Source: Octopus bimaculoides (taxonomy: Eukaryota). Taken from it: DNA of 64,000 bases. Numbering within the stretch: position 1 is the first letter of the stretch; each line of letters opens with the position of its first letter. The position numbers and the translations under genes are program-made. Under the pieces are notes generated by a model. That model was not told where the DNA came from. It searched no databases and was given only the letters and a program-made list of their open reading frames with translations. Location of the stretch: assembly GCF_001194135.2 (NCBI RefSeq), contig NC_068997.1, positions 54,111,975 to 54,175,974 on the forward strand. Direction: 5' to 3'. Below are positions 35,788-49,700 of the stretch, one piece after another.

Positions 35788-36163
35788 GTGGAGGCGCAAT
35801 GGCTCAGTGGCTAGGGCAGCGGACTCACGGTCTTAGGATCACGCGTTCGATTCCTAGAGTGAGCGTTGTGAGTGTTTATTGACCGAAAACACCTAAAGCT
35901 CCAGGAGGCTCCGACAGGGGGCTGAACCTTCTGTACTCTTTCCATACAACTTTCTCTCACTTTCTTCCTGTTTCTGTTGTACCTGTATTTCAAAGGAACC
36001 AGCCTTGTTACACTCTGTGTCACGCTAAATCTCATCCGAGAATTACATTAAGGATACACGTGTGTGTGGAGTGCTCAGCCACTAGCACGTTAACTTCACG
36101 AGCAGGCTATTCCTTTGATCGGATCAACTGGAACCCTCGTCGTCGTAACCGACGGAGTGCCGC
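35788..36163 (+). mobile_element. SINE family C, full length with Pol III boxes and target-site duplication
   Basis: A box TGGCTCAGTGG (35800-35810), B box GTTCGATTCC (35845-35854), tail ...CGTCGTCGTAACCGACGGAGTGCC. Flanking GATATATGTTAAT (35775-35787) and GATATCATGTTAAT (36164-36177). Confidence 0.9.
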
Positions 36164-36319
36164 GATATCATGTTAATAATTTAATAATTCTATTTAGCTT
36201 TGATGGTGCAGAACATGAAAGAAAGATTGAAATAGTTATTTCCGAATATAAGACGAACTCTTATTAACATGGAATTAATTTCGAAATTGCCAATTCTGGC
36301 GTTAATACAATGATAATCC

Positions 36320-36379
<60 letters not shown>

Positions 36380-36908
36380 TGCACAGTGTAGGAATTAGTA
36401 CGTGTATGCATGTGTGCATACACCTATACATCCACACGCACAGATAAATACAGATGTGAACATATATATATATACAATTGTATATATGCATATATGTGTG
36501 TACGTGTGTGTATATGTGCGTGTGTGTGCGTGTATGTATGTGTTTCTGTCTCTCTCTTTTCATCTCTCTCTCGTCTTACTCTTTTTAAGCTTACTGCTTA
36601 TTCTATCGATCTCTTATGCCGAACCGCAAACATCGATTGTCAAGCGATGATGGGGGACAAACACAGACACGCAAACATATGCATATATATACATACAGAN
36701 NNNNNNNNNNNNNNNNNNNNNNNNNNNNNNNNNNNNNNNNNNNNNNNNNNNNNNNNNNNNNNNNNNNNNNNNNNNNNNNNNNNNNNNNNNNNNNNNNNNN
36801 NNNNNNNNNNNNNNNNNNNNNNNNNNNNNNNNNNNNNNNNNNNNNNNNNNNNNNNNNNNNNNNNNNNNNNNNNNNNNNNNNNNNNNNNNNNNNNNNNNNN
36901 NNNNNNNN

Positions 36909-36941
<33 letters not shown>

Positions 36942-37029
36942 TGTATATAGTGGAGGCGTTTCTCTTAGTGGTCGGGGTGATCAGCTTACGATAGTAAGTT
37001 CATGAGATAGATTATCGGTGGTACGTTGT

Positions 37030-37265
37030 ATTCTGGAGCAAGATCATTTATTTTCCGTTGCTCCAGTCCACCCAGCTGGCAAAAATAGTGTCTACTTGTA
37101 TTAAAAAGGATTAGCATTGTTACTTTTGTATCACGCCGGATCTCCCTTGAGAACTACATTGAGGCTGCACGAGTTTGTGGAGTACTCAGCCACTATCACA
37201 TTAATTCCACGAGCTGCTTCCCTGATCATAGTCACTGAAAGAGTCGTCGTCCTAACAGACGGAGT
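37030..37265 (+). mobile_element. SINE family C, diverged copy
   Basis: GTTGCTCCAGTCCACCCAGCTGGCAAAAAT...GTGGAGTACTCAGCCACT..ATTAATTCCACGAGC...GTCGTCGTCCTAACAGACGGAGTG. Confidence 0.7.
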
Positions 37266-39084
37266 GTTTGTTTTTGTATGTATGAAGCATACCTTTTCAT
37301 AATGATTCAAATTCTCAATAGACCAATATTGAGAACCAAACAAGACTTATATAAGCGTGTGGGTGGGTGTATGTGTGTCTATGTGCATGCGTGTGAGTAG
37401 GAAGTGTTTATAACTTTTGGTAAAAGCTATCACATTTCCGCTAATTTTTTTGTAGAAAGATTTTTCGTTCCACTTTGTATAAATTGTATTGTAAGTGGTA
37501 GACATCTTGTTTTGATATGTTACAGCTATGGAGTTTCTCTGGAATTTCGTGTTTGATGTAGTATTTATTTATATATTTTCTTTGTTTTGGTCTACAAGTA
37601 CATGGACACTAATATGCATATCGACATGCATGCATACATATGTATTTGTGTGTGTATGTACGTATATAAACACATGTATGTATGTATATGTATGTATATA
37701 TGCATATATACTTATATATATATGAAAATGTATAATGTATATATATATATATNNNNNNNNNNNNNNNNNNNNNNNNNNNNNNNNNNNNNNNNNNNNNNNN
37801 NNNNNNNNNNNNNNNNNNNNNNNNNNNNNNNNNNNNNNNNNNNNNNNNNNNNNNNNNNNNNNNNNNNNNNNNNNNNNNNNNNNNNNNNNNNNNNNNNNNN
37901 NNNNNNNNNNNNNNNNNNNNNNNNNNNNNNNNNNNNNNNNNNNNNNNNNNNNNNNNNNNNNNNNNNNNNNNNNNNNNNNNNNNNNNNNNNNNNNNNNNNN
38001 NNNNNNNNNNNNNNNNNNNNNNNNNNNNNNNNNNNNNNNNNNNNNNNNNNNNNNNNNNNNNNNNNNNNNNNNNNNNNNNNNNNNNNNNNNNNNNNNNNNN
38101 NNNNNNNNNNNNNNNNNNNNNNNNNNNNNNNNNNNNNNNNNNNNNNNNNNNNNNNNNNNNNNNNNNNNNNNNNNNNNNNNNNNNNNNNNNNNNNNNNNNN
38201 NNNNNNNNNNNNNNNNNNNNNNNNNNNNNNNNATATACATATATACATGCATGCATATATATATATGTATATGTATGTATATACACACACGCACATATAT
38301 ATATACACTTTTCCTTTTTTTGTTCATGTTTGTTTCCCAAGTTTCTTCATGTGAAACGATCTGTTGAAACAGATATTACGGTTGGGGAGGGACATTCTAT
38401 GCACCGCTTGTTGTTCTCGCCTTTCTATATGTGGAGGCAGAGGTGTTAATGGCGGTGAGATTACAAATGTAGTAATGTGTATGCGTCTGTCTCGTTCTCC
38501 TCTGAGAAACAAATATGTAGCACATAGGTTTTTGAAGATCACTGTAAATCTAAATATGTGTGATTTCGTGTTTATAAGTATTAGTATTTGTATGAGTGCG
38601 TTTGTGTATGGGTTTTTCTCTGTGTGTAACTGCATTGGCGTTGCGTGTGCCTAGACAAAGCATTGATTTGTCGGTGTATAAGTGCAAACGCATACATACA
38701 GACACGGACATATAACAACCAGAATATAGGTGCATACACTCACATACTTGCACTTGTACATATTTGGACAGATGGACGCTACACAACCATGGCTACCGGC
38801 ACCGGTGGCATTGCCAACAGAAATATATAAAGACCAGACGCATAGACAGAGAGAACAAAGACGTCACGGAGAACAGATTCCAAATTCTAGAGAAATGTAG
38901 CGAAAGATTCACAGATCAATCGACTAAGAAACGACTGACCTACAGCCAGTACGTGACTTTTGTTTAGGAGAACGATTCGGCTAGAATACAGTTATATGGA
39001 ATTATGTGTGTATGTGTGTGTGTGTAATATATATATATACACACACAAATATATATATGTACACACACACACACACACACATAC

Positions 39085-39157
<73 letters not shown>

Positions 39158-39662
39158 NNNNNNNNNNNNNNNNNNNNNNNNNNNNNNNNNNNNNNNNNNN
39201 NNNNNNNNNNNNNNNNNNNNNNNNNNNNNNNNNNNNNNNNNNNNNNNNNNNNNNNNNNNNNNNNNNNNNNNNNNNNNNNNNNNNNNNNNNNNNNNNNNNN
39301 NNNNNNNNNNNNNNNNNNNNNNNNNNNNNNNNNNNNNNNNNNNNNNNNNNNNNNNNNNNNNNNNNNNNNNNNNNNNNNNNNNNNNNNNNNNNNNNNNNNN
39401 NNNNNNNNNNNNNNNNNNNNNNNNNNNNNNNNNNNNNNNNNNNNNNNNNNNNNNNNNNNNNNTATATATATATATATATATGCATACATTAATATCTGCG
39501 AGTGTCTATGTGTGTATCTCTGTATATATTGTGTGGTCACGAATGTACGTGTACGCCTGTTTATTGGAAATAAGAAAGAGTGAACGGAAGGCAGAGAGAG
39601 AGAGGAGACAGATATAAAAATAGAGAGAGAGAGGACAGAAGAGAAAGAGAGAGGGAGACAGA

Positions 39663-39695
<33 letters not shown>

Positions 39696-39779
39696 GGGGG
39701 GGAGAGAGAAGAAAGAAAATGTGGGTGCATTGTAAAATTAATTTGATGTTGAGAAACTGAAATATTTGGAAGTTGGCAA

Positions 39780-39911
39780 ACTTCCGCTTTAAACCTCGTC
39801 GAATATGTTTTTATTGACGATCTAAGCAAATCATTTCCAAATTGGATCAGATCACGTGATCTCACACGATAATGGCTGCGGCGTTACATCTGTTGAACTA
39901 TAGCGGTAATT
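39780..39911 (+). promoter_or_regulatory. Candidate promoter and first exon (ETS core, reverse CCAAT, palindromic E-box, ATGGCTGCG..., donor)
   Basis: ACTTCCG at 39780, ATTGG at 39841, AGATCACGTGATCT at 39849-39862, ATG at 39872 (MAAALHLLNYS), GCG|GTAATT at 39905/39906. Confidence 0.3.
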
Positions 39912-40310
39912 CATTTGACGTTGTGTTCCGCTCTGAACTTCATAACACAACTCCTCCCATGGTGAACTAGTTTCTCATGTTTTACGAATTGTATTGCACT
40001 GTTTTGATTTATGTGTGAAGAAACTCAATAATAAGCAAAGCGGGCTTTCTCTGTGACAGCAGGTCAAAGGATTATCATATGTAACTAGGTCAATCGATGA
40101 ATTATAACATTGGTCCTATTTAAATAAGAGCCAGGGAAATACATCGTATCAGGAAGAAGATATATTTTATGTACGATGAAATTCGATGATATTTTGTATT
40201 CATGCATACACGAATAGACACACACACACAAAAAAAAAACACACGTATAAATATATGCATATACAGGCTTGTATATACATATATATGTATATATATGTAT
40301 NNNNNNNNNN

Positions 40311-40344
<34 letters not shown>

Positions 40345-40816
40345 CTTCGTCTAAGCGTATGTACATATACATGAATGAACATGTACATGTTTATACACTT
40401 ATGCATGTGTATATGCGTGCGTGTGCGTCCGAGGGATAGAATCAGTGACAGTAATAGTGTGAACTATAAATTATATAATCTTCACACTGTGAGAGAACTT
40501 TTGTGTGTGGGCATGTATATGTGTGTGCGTGTTTTCATGCATATGTACATGTATATTTATAAATTGAGGATATAATCATTAAAATTATTATACCAGTGGC
40601 TAGCGTACAAAAAAATGACCGTATAGATAAAATTTATTTTGAAGTATATAATTATAAAAATATAATTATAATTAAGGGCGCAGGAATGCCAGTGTCTACA
40701 CGGTAGAAATATATGTCAAATGCCTCTATGTATGTACGTATATATATGTATATATGTTTGTATATGTGTGTATGAAAGTATATATGTGTGTGTGAATGTA
40801 TATATANNNNNNNNNN

Positions 40817-40858
<42 letters not shown>

Positions 40859-41610
40859 AAGAGAAAGAGAGAGAAAGAGAACGAGAGGGAGATACACAGA
40901 CAGGCAGAATACCAGAGAGAAAGAGAGAGAAAGAGAGTGAGAAAGAGAGAGAAAGAGAAAGAATGAGAGAGAGAGAACAGGAAAGAGAAACAGACAGAGA
41001 GAAAGCGAGGGAGATAAAGAGAAAGCGAGAGAGAGAAAGTGAGTGAGACAGACAGACAGACAGAGAGGGAGTACTAACAAAAATTTATCAAAATATCTAT
41101 TTTGAAGTTATTAATATTAGCTGCTTTTTATCTTTCTGTAGTTCTTTGTTCTATGAAATAAAATTATATTTACAAAGTACTTCTGCGTATGCACCCAGGC
41201 AGACAGTCGTGAACCTCGTAGCAGATGCTTATGTAAGCTTTGCTAGACGAAAGAAAATGACCACCCAAGAGATTTTTCTCTCTGTCCTGAAAAAGTTATG
41301 TGTACGTATACATATACGTAGGTATAGAATTACGACCGCCCTGGTTACCTTCCTAATCCGTAGATCACCTCACTATTTGTTTTTGTTGATAATTAGGTCT
41401 ATCTAATCAGCTAAACCTTTATAAAGAGTTTAATTGCTGGTCCATCATGGCGGCTATCCAATGATTAAGCTACTAAACTAATAGCGCACATGGTATCTGT
41501 TTAGATACGTCTAGCTGGACAAAGAACGTCGCTTCAATAGAAGACAATGAAGAAAGGACCGCAAAATATTGATATATTTCTTTTATTTTTATTTCTTTTA
41601 TTTCTTTTAC

Positions 41611-41679
<69 letters not shown>

Positions 41680-41789
41680 TATGCACTCAACATACTAGAC
41701 TGTTGGAAAAGAAAACTATCCTTACATCGGGCTACAACAAGTAACCTTAGATGCCAAGAACCCTCCTATCGGGTTACAGCAAGTAATCT

Positions 41790-42780
41790 ACAACATTAAC
41801 TTGAAATACAAATGATAAATGATAGGTTCTTAATTCCTTAACTGCAATCGAAATGAACCCTTCCCGAGTAGTACGCCCCACCTACAGTATCACAGAATAT
41901 ATTAAAACAATGAAATTCAATATTACAGCATTAGTAACGTAGTCTTCGTTAAGTCTCTCAGCAATCACATTTCTAAGCAATACGTCAATGCTCAACAGAG
42001 TGGAATCGATGCATCCATCCTCTGGTATCTAATGAATACTCGACGTTTCACAACCAAACTAATTCCTGTTTCGTTTATCATTGTTTTATCAACTTCATCA
42101 TCACTACGACACATCAAGCACATTTATTTGGTTTCTTCCTCATTGCGTTTCCCTCATCAGAGATGAATATTTCACAACCTTACTTCTCTCAGTCATTAAG
42201 GTTTGACATTCAACATTCCCATAAAGGTAATATCACGTTATCTATCTCCATTCTTGTTGGATTTTGGTAAATTCTTCATTCTTTCTCTTTTACTATTCCG
42301 TTTGCGTTTGTCACAACCTGATTTGAATTTAGAGTTTAATGAGGCAAATATCTTCGTTCGTTATTGGATCCAAGGGAACTTGGAATCGATATAAATATCT
42401 TGATTAATGCTATAGTTCGCTTGGAAAAGTGGTAAATCTCTTAAGATCACATAATTTTCTTTCTGTGGAACTGGTGATTTGTTTAAGGAATGTAGTTGCA
42501 GATGTCTTATCTAAAGCAATTTTGATAGAATTTCCTTTTTTTCCTTTTTTGATACTTTTCAACATTTGTTTAAGAGTTGACTTGGACGAAGTATTACGGC
42601 ACCAGTGACAGTTTTCCGAGGCCTCTGATACTGGTGACTGGAAGGAATCCCAACGCCGGAAACTGACGAAAATTCTTTAATCAGACTGGATTCAACAAAA
42701 CATAAAAATAACCAATGACCAACAATGATGTTAAACTGTGTATGAAATAAATTCTTCTGCCCCAAAAATTAATGGCTTTT
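41790..42780 (-). mobile_element. Highly decayed LINE-like coding remnant (L1/Tx1-like 3' region, tentative)
   Basis: Long microsatellite-free stretch. Minus strand gives CLMCRSDDE..TMI, then frameshifted FGCE and VIL*VGR (cf. C..C...ET..HLFF.C and VIW..R). Many stops. Confidence 0.35.
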
Positions 42781-43059
42781 CTCGTGAGGTTTTCCATAGA
42801 TAGTCCTTCTACCGCATTTCCTTTAGACTCATTTGACCAAATACAAGTTGAAACGCAGTGGTATTGAACCCGAGACTTCTTATCTTCTCAACCATGATTT
42901 TACATAGGGAATTCATTGACGATATTCTATTTTTAGATGAGGGTTATCCGTGTTCGAATACAAGATTCGCAACACATTAAAGGTATAAAACCGCAGGTCT
43001 TAAATAGAAGCATATTACGTCATTATTATGACTGAGGTGAGTAAATATTGTGGATGACA

Positions 43060-43330
43060 GTGATCATGCTAGAAATAGCAGTGAAACCTTCCTTGAATCA
43101 CATTCCAGCAACTTAAGGAAAAGAATAACATATTGCATAATGTAGTCCAAGATGCACAATGACTAAATCAGTGATGAAAGGGTCATGGACGGAATAACAA
43201 CAACAATAGCTGACAGTGCTTCGAGCCATCGTAAGATACCTATAACAGGTCGCTCTATCTGTTAGAAATAACAGCAAAATAACCTTCAAATCAAACTATA
43301 CCGTCTTCTATAAAGAAACGCATAGGATGT
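43060..43330 (+). repeat. Two copies of a short dispersed repeat ((C/T)TAGAAATA.CAG..AAA..CC.TC.AATCA)
   Basis: Similar segments at ~43067 and ~43258; a reverse-oriented relative at ~31255-31290. Family unassigned. Confidence 0.5.
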
Positions 43331-43561
43331 GATTCAGTGTACGCTGTACATACACCAATAGTGGATGGGCACGGTTGGATTATAGATTAATTCAGTGACG
43401 ATTGATATGGTTAAACAACAACAGCAATTACAACGCTGAATAACTTAATGGAATAGAACTAAACGCGAACCGTTCGATATTGATACGGGTCAATATTTAA
43501 TGAAACAGTCGTTTTATCAATTTCAGCATCACGTGGACAAAATAAATATTTGTTACGGTTG

Positions 43562-43593
<32 letters not shown>

Positions 43594-44056
43594 GGTGTTG
43601 TTATTGTTGGCGGTGGTGGTAGTCGTCGTCGCAGTAGTGATGATGGTGATGGCAGTGTAGGTTATGGTGATAGTGCTGGTAGCAATGGTGGTGTTTTTTG
43701 TAGTGATAGTGGTGGTAGTGGTGGTAATGGCGGTGGTAGTGCAGGTGGTGGTGGTGGTGGTGGTGGCTACATTCCATGGTTGTCTTCAACCTTACATAAA
43801 TTCCGCCTCTGGCAAGGAATTTTGTAAATCCTTGAATCATTTCGATCACAGTCTCTTAATTCCTTAAATACCAAATCTTGCGCACATAAACATCCAGGTT
43901 TAGCTAATATATTTCAAGGCCCGAGGCAGTCTATTGAAGAAGAAATCTTCCATGTGATTATCGAAAGAATACTTCGAACTCGCATCGTCCCGTGTACTTT
44001 GCCTCACATGCTATTCCCAGAAACGTTCTGCAGCATCGCTTTTCCTTCGTTCAATT

Positions 44057-44380
44057 GAAGGCGCGCAACTTAACGGTTAGGCTATTCAGCTTACGGTCAT
44101 AAAGGCCGTAGTTCTCTTCTCAGCGGCGCGTTGTGCCTTTGAGCAAGATGCCTTGTTTTCCTTTTGCTTCGCTCCACTCAGCTGTCAAAAATGTATACTA
44201 CCTGTAATTCGAGTGGGCTAGCTTTCTCATATTCTGAGTCACACTAAATCCCACCGAGAATTAGGTAAAGGGTGCGTTCTTTTGTGAATGGCTCAGCCAC
44301 TTGCACGTTAATATCACGCGCAAGCTGTTGCGTTGATCGGATCAATAGGGACAGCTATCGTCGAAACGGACGGAGGGCCA
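44057..44380 (+). mobile_element. SINE family C, diverged full length
   Basis: GAAGGCGCGCAACTTAACGGTTAGG...CCTTTGAGCAAGATGCCTT...GCTCAGCCACTTGCACGTTAATATCACG...GTTGATCGGATCAA...GGACGGAGGGCC. Confidence 0.75.
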
Positions 44381-44731
44381 GTTCTTTCCTATCGTTAAAA
44401 AGAAAGGCACATCGATGGACTTATATAACTTTTGCAAACGCACGAGGTTTCGAGGTCAGTGCCACGGTGTGGCACCTATGGTGAATGCATTTTCTATTGC
44501 TCGAGATTAATCAGTGCCGTCTGTGGGAATACGGTCGACGGTTGTACACCCATCTTGTACACACACACGCACACACACAGATATATGTATGCATGTATGT
44601 ATGTACGTATATATGTATATATTATTCATATACTCAGGCATTGTTTCCAACTACATGGTTCTGGGTTCAGTCCCGCTGCCTGTCACCTTGAGCAAGTGTC
44701 TTGTACTGTAGGCTCCGGCTAACAGAAGCTG

Positions 44732-44733
<2 letters not shown>

Positions 44734-44798
<65 letters not shown>

Positions 44799-44814
44799 GG
44801 TGTTATTGTTGTTG

Positions 44815-44897
<83 letters not shown>

Positions 44898-44898
44898 T
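44734..44898. repeat. (ATT)n tract with a (GTT) interruption
   Basis: Read directly from the sequence. Confidence 0.95.
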
Positions 44899-45551
44899 TA
44901 ACAACAGCAAAGAAAAAAAAACAACGTCACAGGAACAACAGCACATCTAATAACAACACTAACGATAATAAAAAAAAACAAGATCAACAATAGATAAGTA
45001 AAAATCTGAACATAGAACCACGAAGAAAAATATTCTTTGTGTTCTTGGAGGTCGATTTAATGTTCCAACATGGCAACCTGGTAAAAAAAATTCTAATAAA
45101 TTTAGTGCAATTAATTAATCGTATAGAATTTTATAGCGATTGCCCTATTCGTTTTCAATCTTTTATTCGTGTATATGTTGTGTATGTGTTGGCTGTTTTG
45201 TTTCTGAGTCACTTTCTAAATACAATGAAAGGCGAGAGTGAAAAACTTTTTACTTTATACAAGAAAACTTATAAACTACAAATAACGAACTCGCAACATG
45301 ACAAAGAGTCGACTTCAAACACCGATATTGGTTTCAAAGCGGTACCGGTGGCTCTCACACACAGATTAACACAACACACACAAACACACACAAACACACA
45401 CACACACACACGTATATGTTTTTGCTTATGTACAAACATATAGATATGGTTTTAATATATGTTATATATATATATATAAATATAAATTTGTTATTTATTT
45501 GCAAGTTATAAACATAGTCATATATAAATGTATATATATTATATACAGAGG

Positions 45552-45609
<58 letters not shown>

Positions 45610-46443
45610 CTTTATAATCATAAACCAGTTCATTTATATTCATATGATATGAAGTATGCGTATATATGTGTAAGTGTAGAGAGTCTATGTGTGGGCGTGT
45701 GTCCGTGAATGCATGTGTTTGTGCGTGTATGTGTGTGTGCGTGTGTGTGTGTAAGAGAGAGAGAGTGTGTGTCTGTGTGTGTATGTGTGTGTGTTGAACC
45801 GTTTTGGCTTTTTGCCATAATGTAACAATTATGCTTTTGGCATGATACTAGCAATTACGAATCAAAATGGCCGTTGTGACTATTAATTTACTATCGATCT
45901 CTTTAGCCAACATTTCAGTATCTCGACATACATAGTGATGTCTCTATTGCCCTAGGGAGTCGTGTCCCCTACTTGTCGTCTTCATTAAAATTATATCAGT
46001 CATGGAGATAACATTGTCTTTTCTTCACCACATAACTATTATTAATTAGATCTTTAATGTTTGCTATATTAAACATAGCAAGAGTTACTTAACTATTGCT
46101 TTTCCATGCGGACGTCTTCTCTAAATTATAACTAAAATTATGTATATCTTCTTAAATATGCTCAATGAATGTTTCTCATATCAATACACACTACATAGCA
46201 AATCGCCAATAAAATAAACAACAACTAGCAGGCTGTCCCAACAGAAGCACACTACTCGCATAACACAAACAACGAACGACGCAAACACGTCGCCTCATAA
46301 CAAAACAAGCTGACACAATCAAATACCGGGAAGTGTTAGCACCCCTCCAACAACAAAATGGAACACACAATGCTACACACACCCCATCAACAAGGAGGTA
46401 TAGCAGGTAATGCAGTAGAAATTTCCCTGAAGCTATCAAATGT

Positions 46444-46518
<75 letters not shown>

Positions 46519-46589
46519 CTGGTGGGTTAATCTATGCTATAATAGAGTTCAAATACATTATTTTTATACAAGAATGTTGTCAATAGTGA

Positions 46590-46760
46590 CTCCGAGGTTT
46601 CGACCAGCTAAACCGTTATCACACAGCTTCTTTCAGTTTCCGCGTCCTATATCCACTCACAAGTCTTTTGTCGGCATGTGGCTACAGGAGAAGACACTTG
46701 AATCCGGAAAATTGCGTTCAGGAGTGAAGCTTCGTATCACACAGCCACTCATACGCATAT
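46590..46760 (-). mobile_element. SINE family B, left arm
   Basis: GCTTCTTTCAGTTTCCG..TATATCCACTCACAAG.CTTT.GTCGGC...AGAAGACACTTG...AAGCTTC..ATCACACAGCCAC. Confidence 0.75.
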
Positions 46761-49700
46761 AAAATGTGAAAGATATCGCACCTAAGAGGACCCGAATCAT
46801 CAACTTTCCAGTTAATAGCCAGACACACACAAAGAAGGTAGACAGACAGATAGATGAACGTGTATATATTTATTTCTATACATATATATATATATGTATA
46901 TATATATANNNNNNNNNNNNNNNNNNNNNNNNNNNNNNNNNNNNNNNNNNNNNNNNNNNNNNNNNNNNNNNNNNNNNNNNNNNNNNNNNNNNNNNNNNNN
47001 NNNNNNNNNNNNNNNNNNNNNNNNNNNNNNNNNNNNNNNNNNNNNNNNNNNNNNNNNNNNNNNNNNNNNNNNNNNNNNNNNNNNNNNNNNNNNNNNNNNN
47101 NNNNNNNNNNNNNNNNNNNNNNNNNNNNNNNNNNNNNNNNNNNNNNNNNNNNNNNNNNNNNNNNNNNNNNNNNNNNNNNNNNNNNNNNNNNNNNNNNNNN
47201 NNNNNNNNNNNNNNNNNNNNNNNNNNNNNNNNNNNNNNNNNNNNNNNNNNNATATATATATATATATATATACGTGCATGTGTGTGTGTGCTGACAGTCA
47301 AATGTACTCTGTTTCATCAGTACAACTATAGTAATGTCTATGCTAATTCTATATTAGGAATCTCAGCAAAACATTGGACGTTCGATCGATAATTCATGTA
47401 CATTAGTCTATATTAGACTTTATAAGCCTGTCAGACTGTTTACAGCGAACATGCTGTTTGTACGAAGGGTACAAGGGACGTTACTCTGTAGTGACTACAT
47501 ATCAGCAACACATTTGTATCTGTGTATGTGTATATACATTCATATATACACACACATGCATATATACATATACACGCACCTCCATACCTATTTTATACAT
47601 ATGTATGTATATATATATATATATATNNNNNNNNNNNNNNNNNNNNNNNNNNNNNNNNNNNNNNNNNNNNNNNNNNNNNNNNNNNNNNNNNNNNNNNNNN
47701 NNNNNNNNNNNNNNNNNNNNNNNNNNNNNNNNNNNNNNNNNNNNNNNNNNNNNNNNNNNNNNNNNNNNNNNNNNNNNNNNNNNNNNNNNNNNNNNNNNNN
47801 NNNNNNNNNNNNNNNNNNNNNNNNNNNNNNNNNNNNNNNNNNNNNNNNNNNNNNNNNNNNNNNNNNNNNNNNNNNNNNNNNNNNNNNNNNNNNNNNNNNN
47901 NNNNNNNNNNNNNNNNNNNNNNNNNNNNNNNNNNNNNNNNNNNNNNNNNNNNNNNNNNNNNNNNNNNNNNNNNNNNNNNNNNNNNNNNNNNNNNNNNNNN
48001 NNNNNNNTATATATATATATATATATATGAAAGCTTTGTTTCCTCTGCTTGTTTCTCTGTTAGTTTCTTTCTGTGTTCCTTTCTGTGGAAGATCGTAGGC
48101 TCGAAAGTGCAGTAAAAGTACCGTCCCCGTTGCAGGACCAATGACCCATTGTTGTGTCTAACCTGAATTTAAAAACTTCTTCGGAAAATGACATCATAAC
48201 TCGCTTGTTTCCCATTCAGAAATCTGTGAGACAACGGCTGGTCTTTGTGTGGCTGCGAACACGGTTGGATGTAGTTACGAGATTAACCACAATTCTTACA
48301 CCGCCATTTAAGATATGGCGGGTCACATTGAACAAAGTGATGCTTCGATATATTGACCATTAGTTAGAGAGATGGTCACGGTTAGAAAAAACTTTCATCA
48401 GAGCTTTCTTCAAAGACGATTCTCTTAATAACTAACAACAACTACAAGGGAACGAATGATAATGATGACCACTAGAACGCTACCGAGTTAGTATAAATCT
48501 ATTGCGCATTCGTCTTATTTCAGTTTGCGCAGACGAATCTCAAATAACATAACTTGGCAGAATTAAAAAACCAATATTTTATGACATATTTTGCGTAGGT
48601 GTGACTGCTAAGCTAAGTGAACGAGTTAAACCGAAAAGTTGATAAATAAATAAATAAATATGAGGACCATATAGCGAAATAACTAAATAAGAAAAAAGAA
48701 AATAAATGCATACGGTTTAAATTAGAGTGAAACTGGTATATCTGGAGGTCACATAAATATTAATGATATAACACTTGTTAATATGTAGTCAGTGAATGCC
48801 GTCGGGTATGTGATAACACTTTCACACTCATGCGCAGTGAAAACATTTTCATATTTTCCTTTCGTTTCATTTCTTCATTCTATTCCATTTCATTTAATTT
48901 CGTAATTAAACAACGACATGACTCCGAGAAAAATCCAAGGACATGCTGGTTCATATCGTGGGACTGGCACAGCATTTGTCTCCATTCTCTCTCTCTCTCT
49001 CTCTTCCTTTCTTTTTTATCTACTCTCTCTCTCTCTCTCTATCTCTCTCCCTCTCTCTCTCTGATTTACAAGTTACTTGATAAGTCTTCCTATTATAATC
49101 ACAAAAAAATCACAAAAAAAAATGGCTGAGTGAGTTTCATGCCATCGATTGACTTACTCGATGTACCAACTAAATCGCAACGCTCGCTCAGCGTCTCGAA
49201 CGTGGGATAAGACAATGAATAATGTGTTTATTGATGCCCTATGGCCAAATAAAAGTCAGGAAGAGCAACGTTGCAACGCAATTATTGATAGATCTGTTCA
49301 ATGAAATTAAACTGCGGTTTAAAGAACAGCGATACAGAATTTGAACTCGGCCGGAATTCCACACTGAAGATAAAACTACTACTAATACAGCTTTCCCGCT
49401 CAAGAAAGAAACGGCTTGCTTACAACTAATTTCAAAATCATGTTTTGGGATCCAAACCAAATACTGTACTGGTGACATGATATGAACCAACGACTTATCG
49501 ATTTGGTGCCTGCTCTATTATTGCCTGGGCTATTCGGTTCTTTCATTTCGAAAACAGCTCAATGAGAATAAAAGAAGGGAAAAAAAATCATTTTCACCGT
49601 ACATAAGTGTGAAGAAGTCATCACTTGGCCAGCGGCAGTTACTGAATGGATATTAACAAGTGTTATATCATTAATATTTATATGACCTCCAGATATACTG

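Noticed and set aside
35788-35860. tRNA-like sequence with A and B boxes
   Set aside because: No acceptor stem or complete cloverleaf, and it continues directly into a repeated SINE body. It is a SINE head, not a tRNA gene.
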